A stretch of DNA of 64,000 nt from a virus (taxonomy: Duplodnaviria; Caudoviricetes): the IMG/VR virus record IMGVR_UViG_3300027740_000003, positions 192,001-256,000 of that record, one strand, 5' to 3'. The notes beneath the pieces are model-generated. The model did no database searches. It was not told the origin of the DNA and saw only the letters and a list, made by a program, of their open reading frames with translations. Position 1 is the first letter of the stretch. Each line of letters starts with the position of its first letter. Position numbers and translations under genes: made by a program. Shown in pieces: positions 47,300-57,008 of this stretch.

Positions 47300-50200
47300 T
47301 TATGGATAGGTTGTTCCAAGACCAGCCATCTCACTTGGCGTTATGGTCAATACTTGGTTCTTCCATCCAGCTTTCTTCAAATATATTACAACCTGTATCT
47401 TGGAAACCATTGTTGCAAATAACGGGTTTTCATCAAGATCCCTTATCGTTAATCTAAGGAAGCCTGTAGAATGATCCATATACGTTCCAACTATATCATC
47501 AATTATTATTCCATAGCCGTCAACTAAGTCATATCCATCTAAAGAAGGAATGAAGCTTTGAATAGAAACATTGAATCTAACTTTGTTCCCAGCCAAATCT
47601 TCTGGCTGCACTGTTGTACAATCAGCATACCTCATGGCTGGATAATTAGCATTAGTCATTCCATCACCACGGTCTGATACAAAATCTCCAAATATATCAA
47701 ATGAGGTTTCTGAAAATATCTGTGTTCCCAGTTCTAAGTTTATTATTCCTACCTCAATATCTACAGGAAGAGGAGTTCCATCAGGACGAATTAAAGAACC
47801 TGACCCAATAATTAGATTACCAGGAACATAGAAATCATTTCTACCAGGATCACAATCCGGAATCTCATTAGACCTTTCGGTACAATCAAATTGTGCAGAT
47901 TGTGTACAGTCTGCCGCATCTATACTTGTAGGATAAGTAAAAGCACATGGCACAGCTCTTGCTTCTGCATTTAATGACAACATCCAATCAGCCCAGAAAG
48001 GAACATATATTATATCATAGTCTACAGAAACAAATGGAGCCACCTGATATACACCAGAATTGTCGTCATCAATTGTAGAAGACGTTATATTTCCATAATA
48101 TGTTTTTTCTATATCTGATAATGAAGACGGATCAACTGTAGTAGGACAAGTATAAATTGGACCATCTGATTTTATATATCCATCACAAGTAAGTGTAATC
48201 GGATTCTCTGTTTGATAGCAAACCCAATATCCATCACTTCTAGCAACGGCCGGTTGAACTTCTAATTCTAAATGTGTAAAATAAGATCCTACTGGGAAAT
48301 ATCTATACCCATCTTCTCTATTAACATATCTTTGAATTAAATCGACATCAATTGCAGAAACAATTCCGTCTCCATCAACGTCAGCTCTGAGTATTTCTAA
48401 AGTAGTAAAATATCCGTCTAGAATATCTTGCTGAGTAGCTGCGCTGGTTATATCGCAGCCTATTAGTTGTGCTGCCCTTGCTACGTCTGCTGATGTAATA
48501 TAACCGTCTCCATTTACATCTCCATAGCCGTCATTGCACAAAGTTTCTTTATATATTCTGTATTCATATGCTGCCGTATTATCTGGTACAATTTTTCTTC
48601 CAACTAATCTGTTTGCTAGAAGATCCCCGTCGGGATTAATAATAATGAAAGAATTATCATTGGCAAGACCTGGATAAGTTTGTGTTTTTGTTATTGTTTC
48701 TCTGGTTTTTGGATTGATATCGGCCATACAACCGATTGTTAAAGGTTCGGAAGTTTGCCTTAATGTAGTTAATGTAGCCGATGTTGCAAAGCTAAAAGAA
48801 GGAACATACTGTTTTCTTGAATAAACATTATTTCCAGTTCTCTCATCTTGTGTAGTAATTGACTTTTCTATTGCTGCCTCTATAACTCCGATATTATTTA
48901 TGCCCTCGCCGTTTGAAACGAAGTTATAGAATCTATTATAATTATCTATAGTTGCACCAGTAGTCTCATCTATTTCGGTTTTCTCTATAGCAATACCATT
49001 TCCTCTATCATATGCTTGGCCAGAAGCAAACTTGGCAGAATTTGACCAAACCTGGAACCACATATCTTCTTCAAGAGAATCAACCCAGATTGCATTAAAT
49101 ACAGTGAGTCTTGAATTGTCTAGAGTGTCAGTGCCCACTTCCATATATATTGTTCCAAGATCAGCGCTTCCACTTCTCCTCACAGTAAAAGCATAATATT
49201 TACCATTCTCAACACCACCAGCGGCAGCAATAACAGAATTAGTAAAAACGAAATCTACAGGCTGAGGAACATCAGTTAACACATAACCTGCATCTCTTAA
49301 CTCTGATTGACTAAAACTAAGTTCAGTTAATGGCCTTTCTTCTGGGTCAAAGTCGATAGCTAATTCGGGGAGAATATCTGTAGGACAAGCTGTAGTTGTT
49401 TGTAGTCTATAAACCGATACAATAAGATCTCCGTTCCAATTAAATCTATCTTCTATATCAGCAGTATAATCTCCAGACACAGACATAAGCAAAGTAATCT
49501 TTTGAATATTATTTGTACTAGCCAAGAATTTTTGACCAATCTGTGTAGTGACGTCATTGGGAAGAATGGCTCTCTGTGGCTGCCTTGATGTAATATTTAT
49601 TTCAAGATCATCTGCGTCATAAGCGGATCCAATACCATTTTGGATAACGTTCCAAATTGACAGGTGGCAATCTGCTGGTCTAATATCACGAATAAATATA
49701 TTAGGTTCGATATCTTGACCAACCACCATTGCGTCTCTGTTTAGCTCAAGAGGCAATGCTTCTCTGATAATTATTCTTCCGCCCCAACAAGCAGAACAGT
49801 TATTGTTTCCATCAAACCCGCTTAATAAAATTGTTAATATATTTGTATAATGTCTAAATGTGGTTTGTGTTTCTTTTTTATGAAACTCGAATCTATCATA
49901 TTGTAAATTACCCTCGAAATCTAAACCTATAATAAGAACTTTAACATTATATCTACCAAAAGCTTTTGCTAAGGAGGGTTTTGTGGTCTGTGCAATACTT
50001 GAATCGGCATATTCTATAGACAATTGATTACCAAGAAGAGTGTCGCTTGGTTGGGTTGCGGGAGAAAGACCTGTTCCATCAAGGTTATTAGCTGCTTGTA
50101 ATTGGGCCTGGACAGCAGATAAATTATCTGTATCAAATAATACAGTTGGTATGGGGTTCTCTAAAAGAACACCAGACCCAAACATATTTTGAACAATAGC

Positions 50201-50311
50201 AGAAAAGTTCCCATTTGTATTATCTTGTTCTACGTTCATATCAGACAGATCCACTTTCTGGCCATCTGCCCAATTATTTTGTAATGATGATACTGGTATT
50301 CTTGTTGTCAT
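47300..50311 (-). CDS. Baseplate/fibre-associated virion protein (1003 aa) containing a dockerin domain
   Basis: Follows the wedge gene; N-terminal WADGQKVDLSDMNVEQ; duplicated Ca-binding dockerin repeats; 8 DGY. Confidence 0.7.
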   Translation of the reverse strand: MTTRIPVSSLQNNWADGQKVDLSDMNVEQDNTNGNFSAIVQNMFGSGVLLENPIPTVLFDTDNLSAVQAQLQAANNLDGTGLSPATQPSDTLLGNQLSIEYADSSIAQTTKPSLAKAFGRYNVKVLIIGLDFEGNLQYDRFEFHKKETQTTFRHYTNILTILLSGFDGNNNCSACWGGRIIIREALPLELNRDAMVVGQDIEPNIFIRDIRPADCHLSIWNVIQNGIGSAYDADDLEINITSRQPQRAILPNDVTTQIGQKFLASTNNIQKITLLMSVSGDYTADIEDRFNWNGDLIVSVYRLQTTTACPTDILPELAIDFDPEERPLTELSFSQSELRDAGYVLTDVPQPVDFVFTNSVIAAAGGVENGKYYAFTVRRSGSADLGTIYMEVGTDTLDNSRLTVFNAIWVDSLEEDMWFQVWSNSAKFASGQAYDRGNGIAIEKTEIDETTGATIDNYNRFYNFVSNGEGINNIGVIEAAIEKSITTQDERTGNNVYSRKQYVPSFSFATSATLTTLRQTSEPLTIGCMADINPKTRETITKTQTYPGLANDNSFIIINPDGDLLANRLVGRKIVPDNTAAYEYRIYKETLCNDGYGDVNGDGYITSADVARAAQLIGCDITSAATQQDILDGYFTTLEILRADVDGDGIVSAIDVDLIQRYVNREDGYRYFPVGSYFTHLELEVQPAVARSDGYWVCYQTENPITLTCDGYIKSDGPIYTCPTTVDPSSLSDIEKTYYGNITSSTIDDDNSGVYQVAPFVSVDYDIIYVPFWADWMLSLNAEARAVPCAFTYPTSIDAADCTQSAQFDCTERSNEIPDCDPGRNDFYVPGNLIIGSGSLIRPDGTPLPVDIEVGIINLELGTQIFSETSFDIFGDFVSDRGDGMTNANYPAMRYADCTTVQPEDLAGNKVRFNVSIQSFIPSLDGYDLVDGYGIIIDDIVGTYMDHSTGFLRLTIRDLDENPLFATMVSKIQVVIYLKKAGWKNQVLTITPSEMAGLGTTYP
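48323..48523 (-). other. Type I dockerin-like domain (67 aa)
   Basis: GDVNGDGYITSADVARAAQLI ... ADVDGDGIVSAIDVDLIQRYV: two DxDxDG loop-helix repeats. Confidence 0.8.
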
Positions 50312-50314
50312 AAA

Positions 50315-53300
50315 TTACTCTATTATATTAATTGTTGCTTTTGCGTGAGCTGGTTTTAATGTCAAAATTAGCTCTCTTAGTATTTGGTTTATTTTTGCAC
50401 TGCCAGAAACAATATCAAAAGAATCAATTACATTAAGAATAAAACTAAATATTCCATATTGTTCATCTCTTAAAATTGCAAAGTCTTCATTTTCTGCAAA
50501 TATTTGGTCAAAGTTCATTAAATATAATGTGTAAAGATCTTCGACCACAGGTCTTACTATATCAATGTTTGATTGATAATTTTCATCTATCGGCACTCCG
50601 GCAGAAACAAGTGGAGCTCTTGCAATATTACTAATCTTCAAATTGTCAAATCTTGCAGCTGCTAGACTATAACTCCGATAAGTTGAACCAATATATAATT
50701 TATTAACCATATCTAGGAAGTCTATATTGGCTATCAATTTAGAACTATCTATACTAGCCCCTTCTCCAAACACAATGCCTGAACCAAATACAAACCCTTG
50801 GCCAAATCTAATTGAAGCTTGTTCCCTTCCATCAACAAACATTCTTAACTCATCAAGGTTATCTCTACGGTTAAATTTAAATGTTGCACAAATTCTGTGC
50901 CATGTATCTCTTTGCCAAAATATTGGTTGTCGTACTTCAAACACATTATTATCCGCATAAACTCTAAAGTTTACGTATCCATATCTATCCTTAAATATAG
51001 AAATTCTATCTCCATTAAAACCACTAGAAATATATGAGATTTTAACTGGTGTTCTTGCAGATGGCAGAGCTGTTCCTAAATGAACAGTCATATAATCATT
51101 AGCAATACTTCCTCCCGCATAATACTCTTTTCCAATTTCATTAACATCAGTTAATAACCTTACACTTAATACTTGGTTTATTCTTCCTGCTGTTTTGATG
51201 GTTGTAGGCGTTAGACTTACGATCTCTTCAATAACAGAAGATGTAGCATCAAAATAATATCTTTCTACCGGATCATTATATGTATCGAACCGCGGGCTTA
51301 TCCAAAATTCTATAGTTCCTTCCGATTTTGTTGACAAATAACCATTATTATCTATAACAAATGGCCTTTCTGTTATTACTAAACTTTGATTGAAATATTC
51401 ATTTAAACTAGCAGATGACTGTAAATATTCTTTATAAAACATTTTATAAATGCTGGCTTCATTTGTAAATAACAAATCATCGAAATGAAGAAGCATTAAT
51501 GTATTTTGATCTGGTCTAAAAGCTCTTAGAGTATTAAAATCGGTCGTAATTGTGTCTTCTGTTGCGGCAGCAGTTTCTCCAATTCTAATATCTGTTAGCA
51601 TGGTGGACAATACTTTAAATTCATCTATTACCGCTTTTGCTTGATTTGTTCCATTAAAGTCAGATCCAATATATCCCATATGTCCATCAACATTAGTAAA
51701 GGGGATCTCTAACCAAGCAGCATAATCAAACTCATATCTTCCTTGAGGAAGATCATATGGGGTTCCAATAGAACCAGCTAATTCAAACATAAAGAAACCG
51801 TTTTGGAACCCCGACCTTCCAATGGTAGCATTATATACTTTAAACACACCGCTGGTAAATACTACTCCAGGAACAGGATCTAATAAAATAGTTCCATCAA
51901 CATACACTTCATCAATTGTATACGTTCCGGCAACAGACAATGGAGAACTGATAACAATATAATTTCCAACATCTGTGTCTATAAAATGTCCACCTGAAAC
52001 AATAGTTCCATCAGCACTAGCTAGATTGTTTCCACTCTTCTCTTGAAATGTAAATCTGATTATTGGGAACGCATTATTACCATCCGGATCAGTTAAAGAA
52101 TAAGCTTCCTTTACCTCAATAGATGTAGTGTATTTATTAATTATAACTGGCACAACGGTTATAGTAATGTCAGAAATTGTCATCCACCAATATGTAGTTG
52201 TTATTGTGGTTGCCGAAGTAAACGCTAGAGTTTCGGTTGCTCCTCCAGAGGACGTTCCTGTAATGACAACTTGTACCGGAGTAGTAAAATCAACATTATC
52301 GCTGGTTATTCTAACAGCTAATCTCCTTCCTTCAACGGTATTAGATACTGCCGTTGGAACAATTCCACTTATTACCGCTGGAGAAGATGAAGCATACCCG
52401 TCATATAAAGGCAATATTATCGAATAAACATCAACCTCGTCAAGGTTTATTGGAGGAGGCATTTGTGTTTTAATAATACTTACATAACCATCACTGCTGC
52501 TTCCCCATAAATAAACATTATCCCTGCACCTTCTATGATTGATTCCGAGCGTTCTTATATATATTTGATCTCCAATATCTGCGGGACCATAAAGTTGTAA
52601 AACCGTTTGTAATAAAGCGTTCTTGTAAACTCTATATGCTGGGAAGTTAGCCCTCTGTCCAGCAATTTCTGTTTCAACATATCCGTCATATAACGAAACC
52701 GCAATATTAGCAGACAAATTTACCTCATCAGATACAACTGCCGAGAAGGGATTAATTGAATATCTGGCATCATTTAGTGTTGTATATGACGGCTGGTCTA
52801 ATGTAAGTGTATGTCCGCTTACAATAGTAATGTTTGCGTCCACAAATCCCAGTTCTAATATAGAAATAGTATTTCCTGGTACAACGCCATCAATAGCAAA
52901 ATTTATTGTTGGAGAATATACTGTATATGTTCCAGCAACTGTTTGTAAATCATCTCCACGGAATATTTGATTTGAAATTGTTCCTACTACGATTTCTGGT
53001 TTGACTATCCTAAACCTATCACCAGTGGCAACAATTGGTCTTCCACCATACTTTAATATATTAGGAACTTCAACTCCATCTATAAATAGATGTAATTCGT
53101 CTGCCCGGTCATATGTATCTATTTTCCAAGCCGTTGAAACCAAATGTGTTTGTCCTGATTGCCAACTTGAAATATCAGCACTTACTTTATATAATCTATA
53201 ATTACTATCAAATACTTCAAAATTAAGATATCCTTTTCCATCTTTATAAATAGACATCCTATTTTTTGCCTTGGTTCTTCTTGCAGATATCTCAGCAGGA

Positions 53301-56300
53301 TGTTCTCTTCGTGAAGTAATGGTTCCAATAAGACCAGTCGGAACCTCTACAGGTTCTGCCATATCAAATAGATAATGAGAATCATCCGACATGAAAGTTA
53401 TTCCGTCAAAAGAATATCCGTCTACATAACCATCTCCAGTCGTATATCCGTCATATGATACATCGTTCCCCAAATTCCATTCAAATTTAATCTCGTTAGT
53501 TATGCTTCTTAAAATATCACCCGATTCTCCAAGATCTTGAATAAACTTGACATCATAAAATTCACCAGACGTAAATACTTTGCCAGAATACTCATGGGAA
53601 ACAGTTGTAATGTCTTTTGCCAAGAAATTCCAGCGTTTAGTTGTATCATCATAATATATAAACACACCACTGTTTGATAGATAAATTGCAGAAGGAACGC
53701 CAACAGGACTTAGATCATCTAATCTATTTACTGTAAAAGATCCATTTGTTATTGTTGGATGATGGCTGCCTGATCCAATATAAATATTATTAGATGACAC
53801 TGCATATCCGTCCAACATCAAATTAACAAAAGTTAATGTCGCATCATTATCTAAACCATCCCATTCTGGGATAACAAACATTTCCATTGTTCCTTCACTG
53901 ATTCTTATATTATCAGAAATTGGAAATGAAATTGTTTGATCTGGTTCGTTTATTAAAATACCGTAATCAAATTTGCCAACTACTAGTTCTGGTTCCCCAG
54001 TATAATTTATTTGATTATTATATAGTGTGCTAATTCCTAGCGTCCAAATATCAAAAATTGATTCTATTATCTCAGGGTCAACTTTTGTTATATTTTTTAC
54101 AAGATTTTTAATTGAAGGAATTGTTGGGCCTTGTGGGAAAGATTGCAAAGCTCCTTTTAATGCATCTCTGTAATTCTCCCTAGGAAGAGAAGTATCAAAA
54201 CTCTGCATTATTGGAAGATCAACTAATGTTCCAAAGTTGGCCAACAAAGCATCACGTAAAGCCCCAACTCTATAAGAGACATAATATTCTGTTCCCTCAT
54301 CAATAGATGTGCTTTCTCTAAAGTCAATAGAGTTATCTCCCCATTCATAACTAACCAATATTTCATCAGCCAAATATGAATAGTCTACGAAATAATCCCC
54401 TCTGTTATAATCAACAACAGGAGTGGACCCTCCATTCAAATTCACATTATAATTAACTGAAACAATGTCCCCAACGACCGGGGCTCCAATACCAGATAAT
54501 GTTAAAACATAGTCAACTATTGTACCGCTTGAATCCCAAAGCTCTACACCATCTGATATTCTTAAAACACTACTTACAGAAACAACACTTATTCCATCAC
54601 TTATAAATGTAAGGTTAACTTCGTTTCCAGCGCTGACAGCACATATTTCTTGAATATTATATCCAGCACTGTCTATTGTTATTATATTGCCACTTATCGT
54701 ACTTCCTGTAGCAAAATTTATCGGATCTGCATTGTTGTTCAAATCATATAAATCAAATATTCCACGGACATCCTTTGGGTTGTCAGAAACAGTTATATTA
54801 TCAGCTACACAAACATATGGCAACGTAGTATCTTCATTTAAAAACCGCTCATCTGATCTGCCAAAAGTATTTGGAATAATTTCTGTATCAGTAAAACTTG
54901 AATAATCAAGCGTAATAGACACTCCAGCATTTGGATTTAAACTATGATAAACTTCAGAAACGCTAATTATATGTTTGTTTTCCGTTGTTATGGCGGCTTT
55001 TTTATAATTAATTGTTCCTAAATCAAAAGTCTGTGCAACAGAAACTCCAACATATACAATGCCATTTATATAATCTACTAAATAATCTCCGACAGTAAGC
55101 TTGTTGATATTTTGAGGAACAGTATATGTTTGACCATCAAAATATAATTCATTTATAAAAATATCATTTCTACTAAACTGTACGCTAGTATTGAAGCTAG
55201 ATCCTATAACATCTTCAGTAGAACTTATTATAGTGTCATTTAATAGCTCTATAGTAAAAATTCTAACCAAAGATACGTTTGTTGTCTCAGAAGATACCAA
55301 AAGCGTTTCATTTAATACATCAAAAAATGTTGCACGTTCTCTGGTTATATCAAATATTCTCGGATATTGATTGGCTGAAAAATATATTGCTGTATCACTG
55401 AATCTATTTACAACATATCTTTCTCCAGTTGTTTCATTATATAATCTAAACACGTTGGTTATAGGATAATGTTCTGTATGTAAAGAAGTAAGAGAATCTA
55501 GTCTATTATCTATTCTTTCATCTAATTCTTCTACATGAACGTTTCCATTGTAATCAGTGCCAGGAACAAAAACCTCTTCGTAATCAAAAGATATGGTTAT
55601 TTCTCTTTCGGCAAGATCTCTTAATGGATTGGCTACTACTTCCATAAGCTCTGGATTATAAGTGTAGTCTAAATTGTTCCTGTATACTTTTCTATAATTA
55701 TAATTCATCACTGGTGGAAATACACCAGTACCATCATTCGTTGTTGCTCCATATACAAATACTCTTCCATTCTCATAATCAATTGCATAATCACCAGGAT
55801 TGCTTGGTAGCCCTTCCATTTTAAATGTAATTTCATTTAAAAAGGCCGGATGTGTTTGTGAGAAAGGAACAACAGATCTTGGATTGAGAAAATCTACGCC
55901 TCCTGAATCTGGTATGTTATCAAGAGTAGTGACTACAGGAGCATAATCTAAAGAAAATTCGGTTATAATTGCGGGAGCAACCTCTCTCAAAACAGGAATA
56001 ACTTCGCTGACAACTACCGTATCTTCACTAATTTCTCTGCCAAGAGACTTGTATTCATATTCTATTATAATTGTATCTCCGGCCACCAGAGGATCTATTA
56101 TGTCTAAAATATCATCACTTAATTTAAATTGATTATTTTCTAATAAAAGATATGTAGAAGCATAATCTGTATCATAAACAGAATTTAATATTTGATAACC
56201 ATACTGTTCAATATCATAATCAACTACGGTTCCATTATAATAATGTATTTCTACTGAAGACAGTTTCGTTGTTGGACTATGATTAACTGTTAACGTCAAT

Positions 56301-57007
56301 CCATCAAATGTTCCAGGTCCAGTACCAGCTATTAGTTGTTCATTTATAACAACCGTCCTCTGTAATGTAATTCTGTCTAATGGGAAACTATCATAATTAA
56401 ATCTTAATGAATTAGAGTAGTTAGATTCATTAAGCCCAACCCTAAGTATTTCAAATGCCCCTTCTTGATTAAGCCTATCAAACGGCCCTGTCCCACGAAT
56501 ATGCTTTTCGTTTTCTACGGTATTATCTAAATAATTGTCGTTTGCTAACTGGCCTATATCACGTAATGCTTTTGATAAAAATTCACCCTGACTCTCTATT
56601 GTCTTTGATACAAGATTTGTTCCATCTAAATTATATATATTGTCTTTTAAATATTGTTTAAGAGTGTCTGTAATTGTATTGTCTTGTGCCAACCCTTGAA
56701 TAAAAGCAATATTATTTTTACCATCTTCTAATAAGAATTCGTTTCCAGATTCCGATCTAAATCTTTGTGTTTGCGAAGACTGAAATGTAATTTTATAAGA
56801 AGCATAAGGTGTAAGATAATTTGTTGTAATATACAATAAATCTTCTTTTACCAACAAATCTAAAACTTCTGGTTTCGGTAATGAAGACAATATTGGTTCT
56901 ACATCTATGTTAGACGTATTTATAAGAGTATCTAATGAAGCAGAAAATTCTGCCCTGACAGCATTGTTAGCATTTACTCTTATTCTGGTTAATCTAAGAT
57001 TTGCCAT
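50315..57007 (-). CDS. Giant baseplate wedge-like protein (P2 gpI/T4 gp7-like position) with LamG segments (2230 aa)
   Basis: Directly after the J-like gene; GPTIPSIKNLVKNIT and terminal LKPAH motifs; EGTIEFW, WHRICAT and LYIGS LamG elements. Confidence 0.65.
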   Translation of the reverse strand: MANLRLTRIRVNANNAVRAEFSASLDTLINTSNIDVEPILSSLPKPEVLDLLVKEDLLYITTNYLTPYASYKITFQSSQTQRFRSESGNEFLLEDGKNNIAFIQGLAQDNTITDTLKQYLKDNIYNLDGTNLVSKTIESQGEFLSKALRDIGQLANDNYLDNTVENEKHIRGTGPFDRLNQEGAFEILRVGLNESNYSNSLRFNYDSFPLDRITLQRTVVINEQLIAGTGPGTFDGLTLTVNHSPTTKLSSVEIHYYNGTVVDYDIEQYGYQILNSVYDTDYASTYLLLENNQFKLSDDILDIIDPLVAGDTIIIEYEYKSLGREISEDTVVVSEVIPVLREVAPAIITEFSLDYAPVVTTLDNIPDSGGVDFLNPRSVVPFSQTHPAFLNEITFKMEGLPSNPGDYAIDYENGRVFVYGATTNDGTGVFPPVMNYNYRKVYRNNLDYTYNPELMEVVANPLRDLAEREITISFDYEEVFVPGTDYNGNVHVEELDERIDNRLDSLTSLHTEHYPITNVFRLYNETTGERYVVNRFSDTAIYFSANQYPRIFDITRERATFFDVLNETLLVSSETTNVSLVRIFTIELLNDTIISSTEDVIGSSFNTSVQFSRNDIFINELYFDGQTYTVPQNINKLTVGDYLVDYINGIVYVGVSVAQTFDLGTINYKKAAITTENKHIISVSEVYHSLNPNAGVSITLDYSSFTDTEIIPNTFGRSDERFLNEDTTLPYVCVADNITVSDNPKDVRGIFDLYDLNNNADPINFATGSTISGNIITIDSAGYNIQEICAVSAGNEVNLTFISDGISVVSVSSVLRISDGVELWDSSGTIVDYVLTLSGIGAPVVGDIVSVNYNVNLNGGSTPVVDYNRGDYFVDYSYLADEILVSYEWGDNSIDFRESTSIDEGTEYYVSYRVGALRDALLANFGTLVDLPIMQSFDTSLPRENYRDALKGALQSFPQGPTIPSIKNLVKNITKVDPEIIESIFDIWTLGISTLYNNQINYTGEPELVVGKFDYGILINEPDQTISFPISDNIRISEGTMEMFVIPEWDGLDNDATLTFVNLMLDGYAVSSNNIYIGSGSHHPTITNGSFTVNRLDDLSPVGVPSAIYLSNSGVFIYYDDTTKRWNFLAKDITTVSHEYSGKVFTSGEFYDVKFIQDLGESGDILRSITNEIKFEWNLGNDVSYDGYTTGDGYVDGYSFDGITFMSDDSHYLFDMAEPVEVPTGLIGTITSRREHPAEISARRTKAKNRMSIYKDGKGYLNFEVFDSNYRLYKVSADISSWQSGQTHLVSTAWKIDTYDRADELHLFIDGVEVPNILKYGGRPIVATGDRFRIVKPEIVVGTISNQIFRGDDLQTVAGTYTVYSPTINFAIDGVVPGNTISILELGFVDANITIVSGHTLTLDQPSYTTLNDARYSINPFSAVVSDEVNLSANIAVSLYDGYVETEIAGQRANFPAYRVYKNALLQTVLQLYGPADIGDQIYIRTLGINHRRCRDNVYLWGSSSDGYVSIIKTQMPPPINLDEVDVYSIILPLYDGYASSSPAVISGIVPTAVSNTVEGRRLAVRITSDNVDFTTPVQVVITGTSSGGATETLAFTSATTITTTYWWMTISDITITVVPVIINKYTTSIEVKEAYSLTDPDGNNAFPIIRFTFQEKSGNNLASADGTIVSGGHFIDTDVGNYIVISSPLSVAGTYTIDEVYVDGTILLDPVPGVVFTSGVFKVYNATIGRSGFQNGFFMFELAGSIGTPYDLPQGRYEFDYAAWLEIPFTNVDGHMGYIGSDFNGTNQAKAVIDEFKVLSTMLTDIRIGETAAATEDTITTDFNTLRAFRPDQNTLMLLHFDDLLFTNEASIYKMFYKEYLQSSASLNEYFNQSLVITERPFVIDNNGYLSTKSEGTIEFWISPRFDTYNDPVERYYFDATSSVIEEIVSLTPTTIKTAGRINQVLSVRLLTDVNEIGKEYYAGGSIANDYMTVHLGTALPSARTPVKISYISSGFNGDRISIFKDRYGYVNFRVYADNNVFEVRQPIFWQRDTWHRICATFKFNRRDNLDELRMFVDGREQASIRFGQGFVFGSGIVFGEGASIDSSKLIANIDFLDMVNKLYIGSTYRSYSLAAARFDNLKISNIARAPLVSAGVPIDENYQSNIDIVRPVVEDLYTLYLMNFDQIFAENEDFAILRDEQYGIFSFILNVIDSFDIVSGSAKINQILRELILTLKPAHAKATINIIE

Positions 57008-57008
57008 A

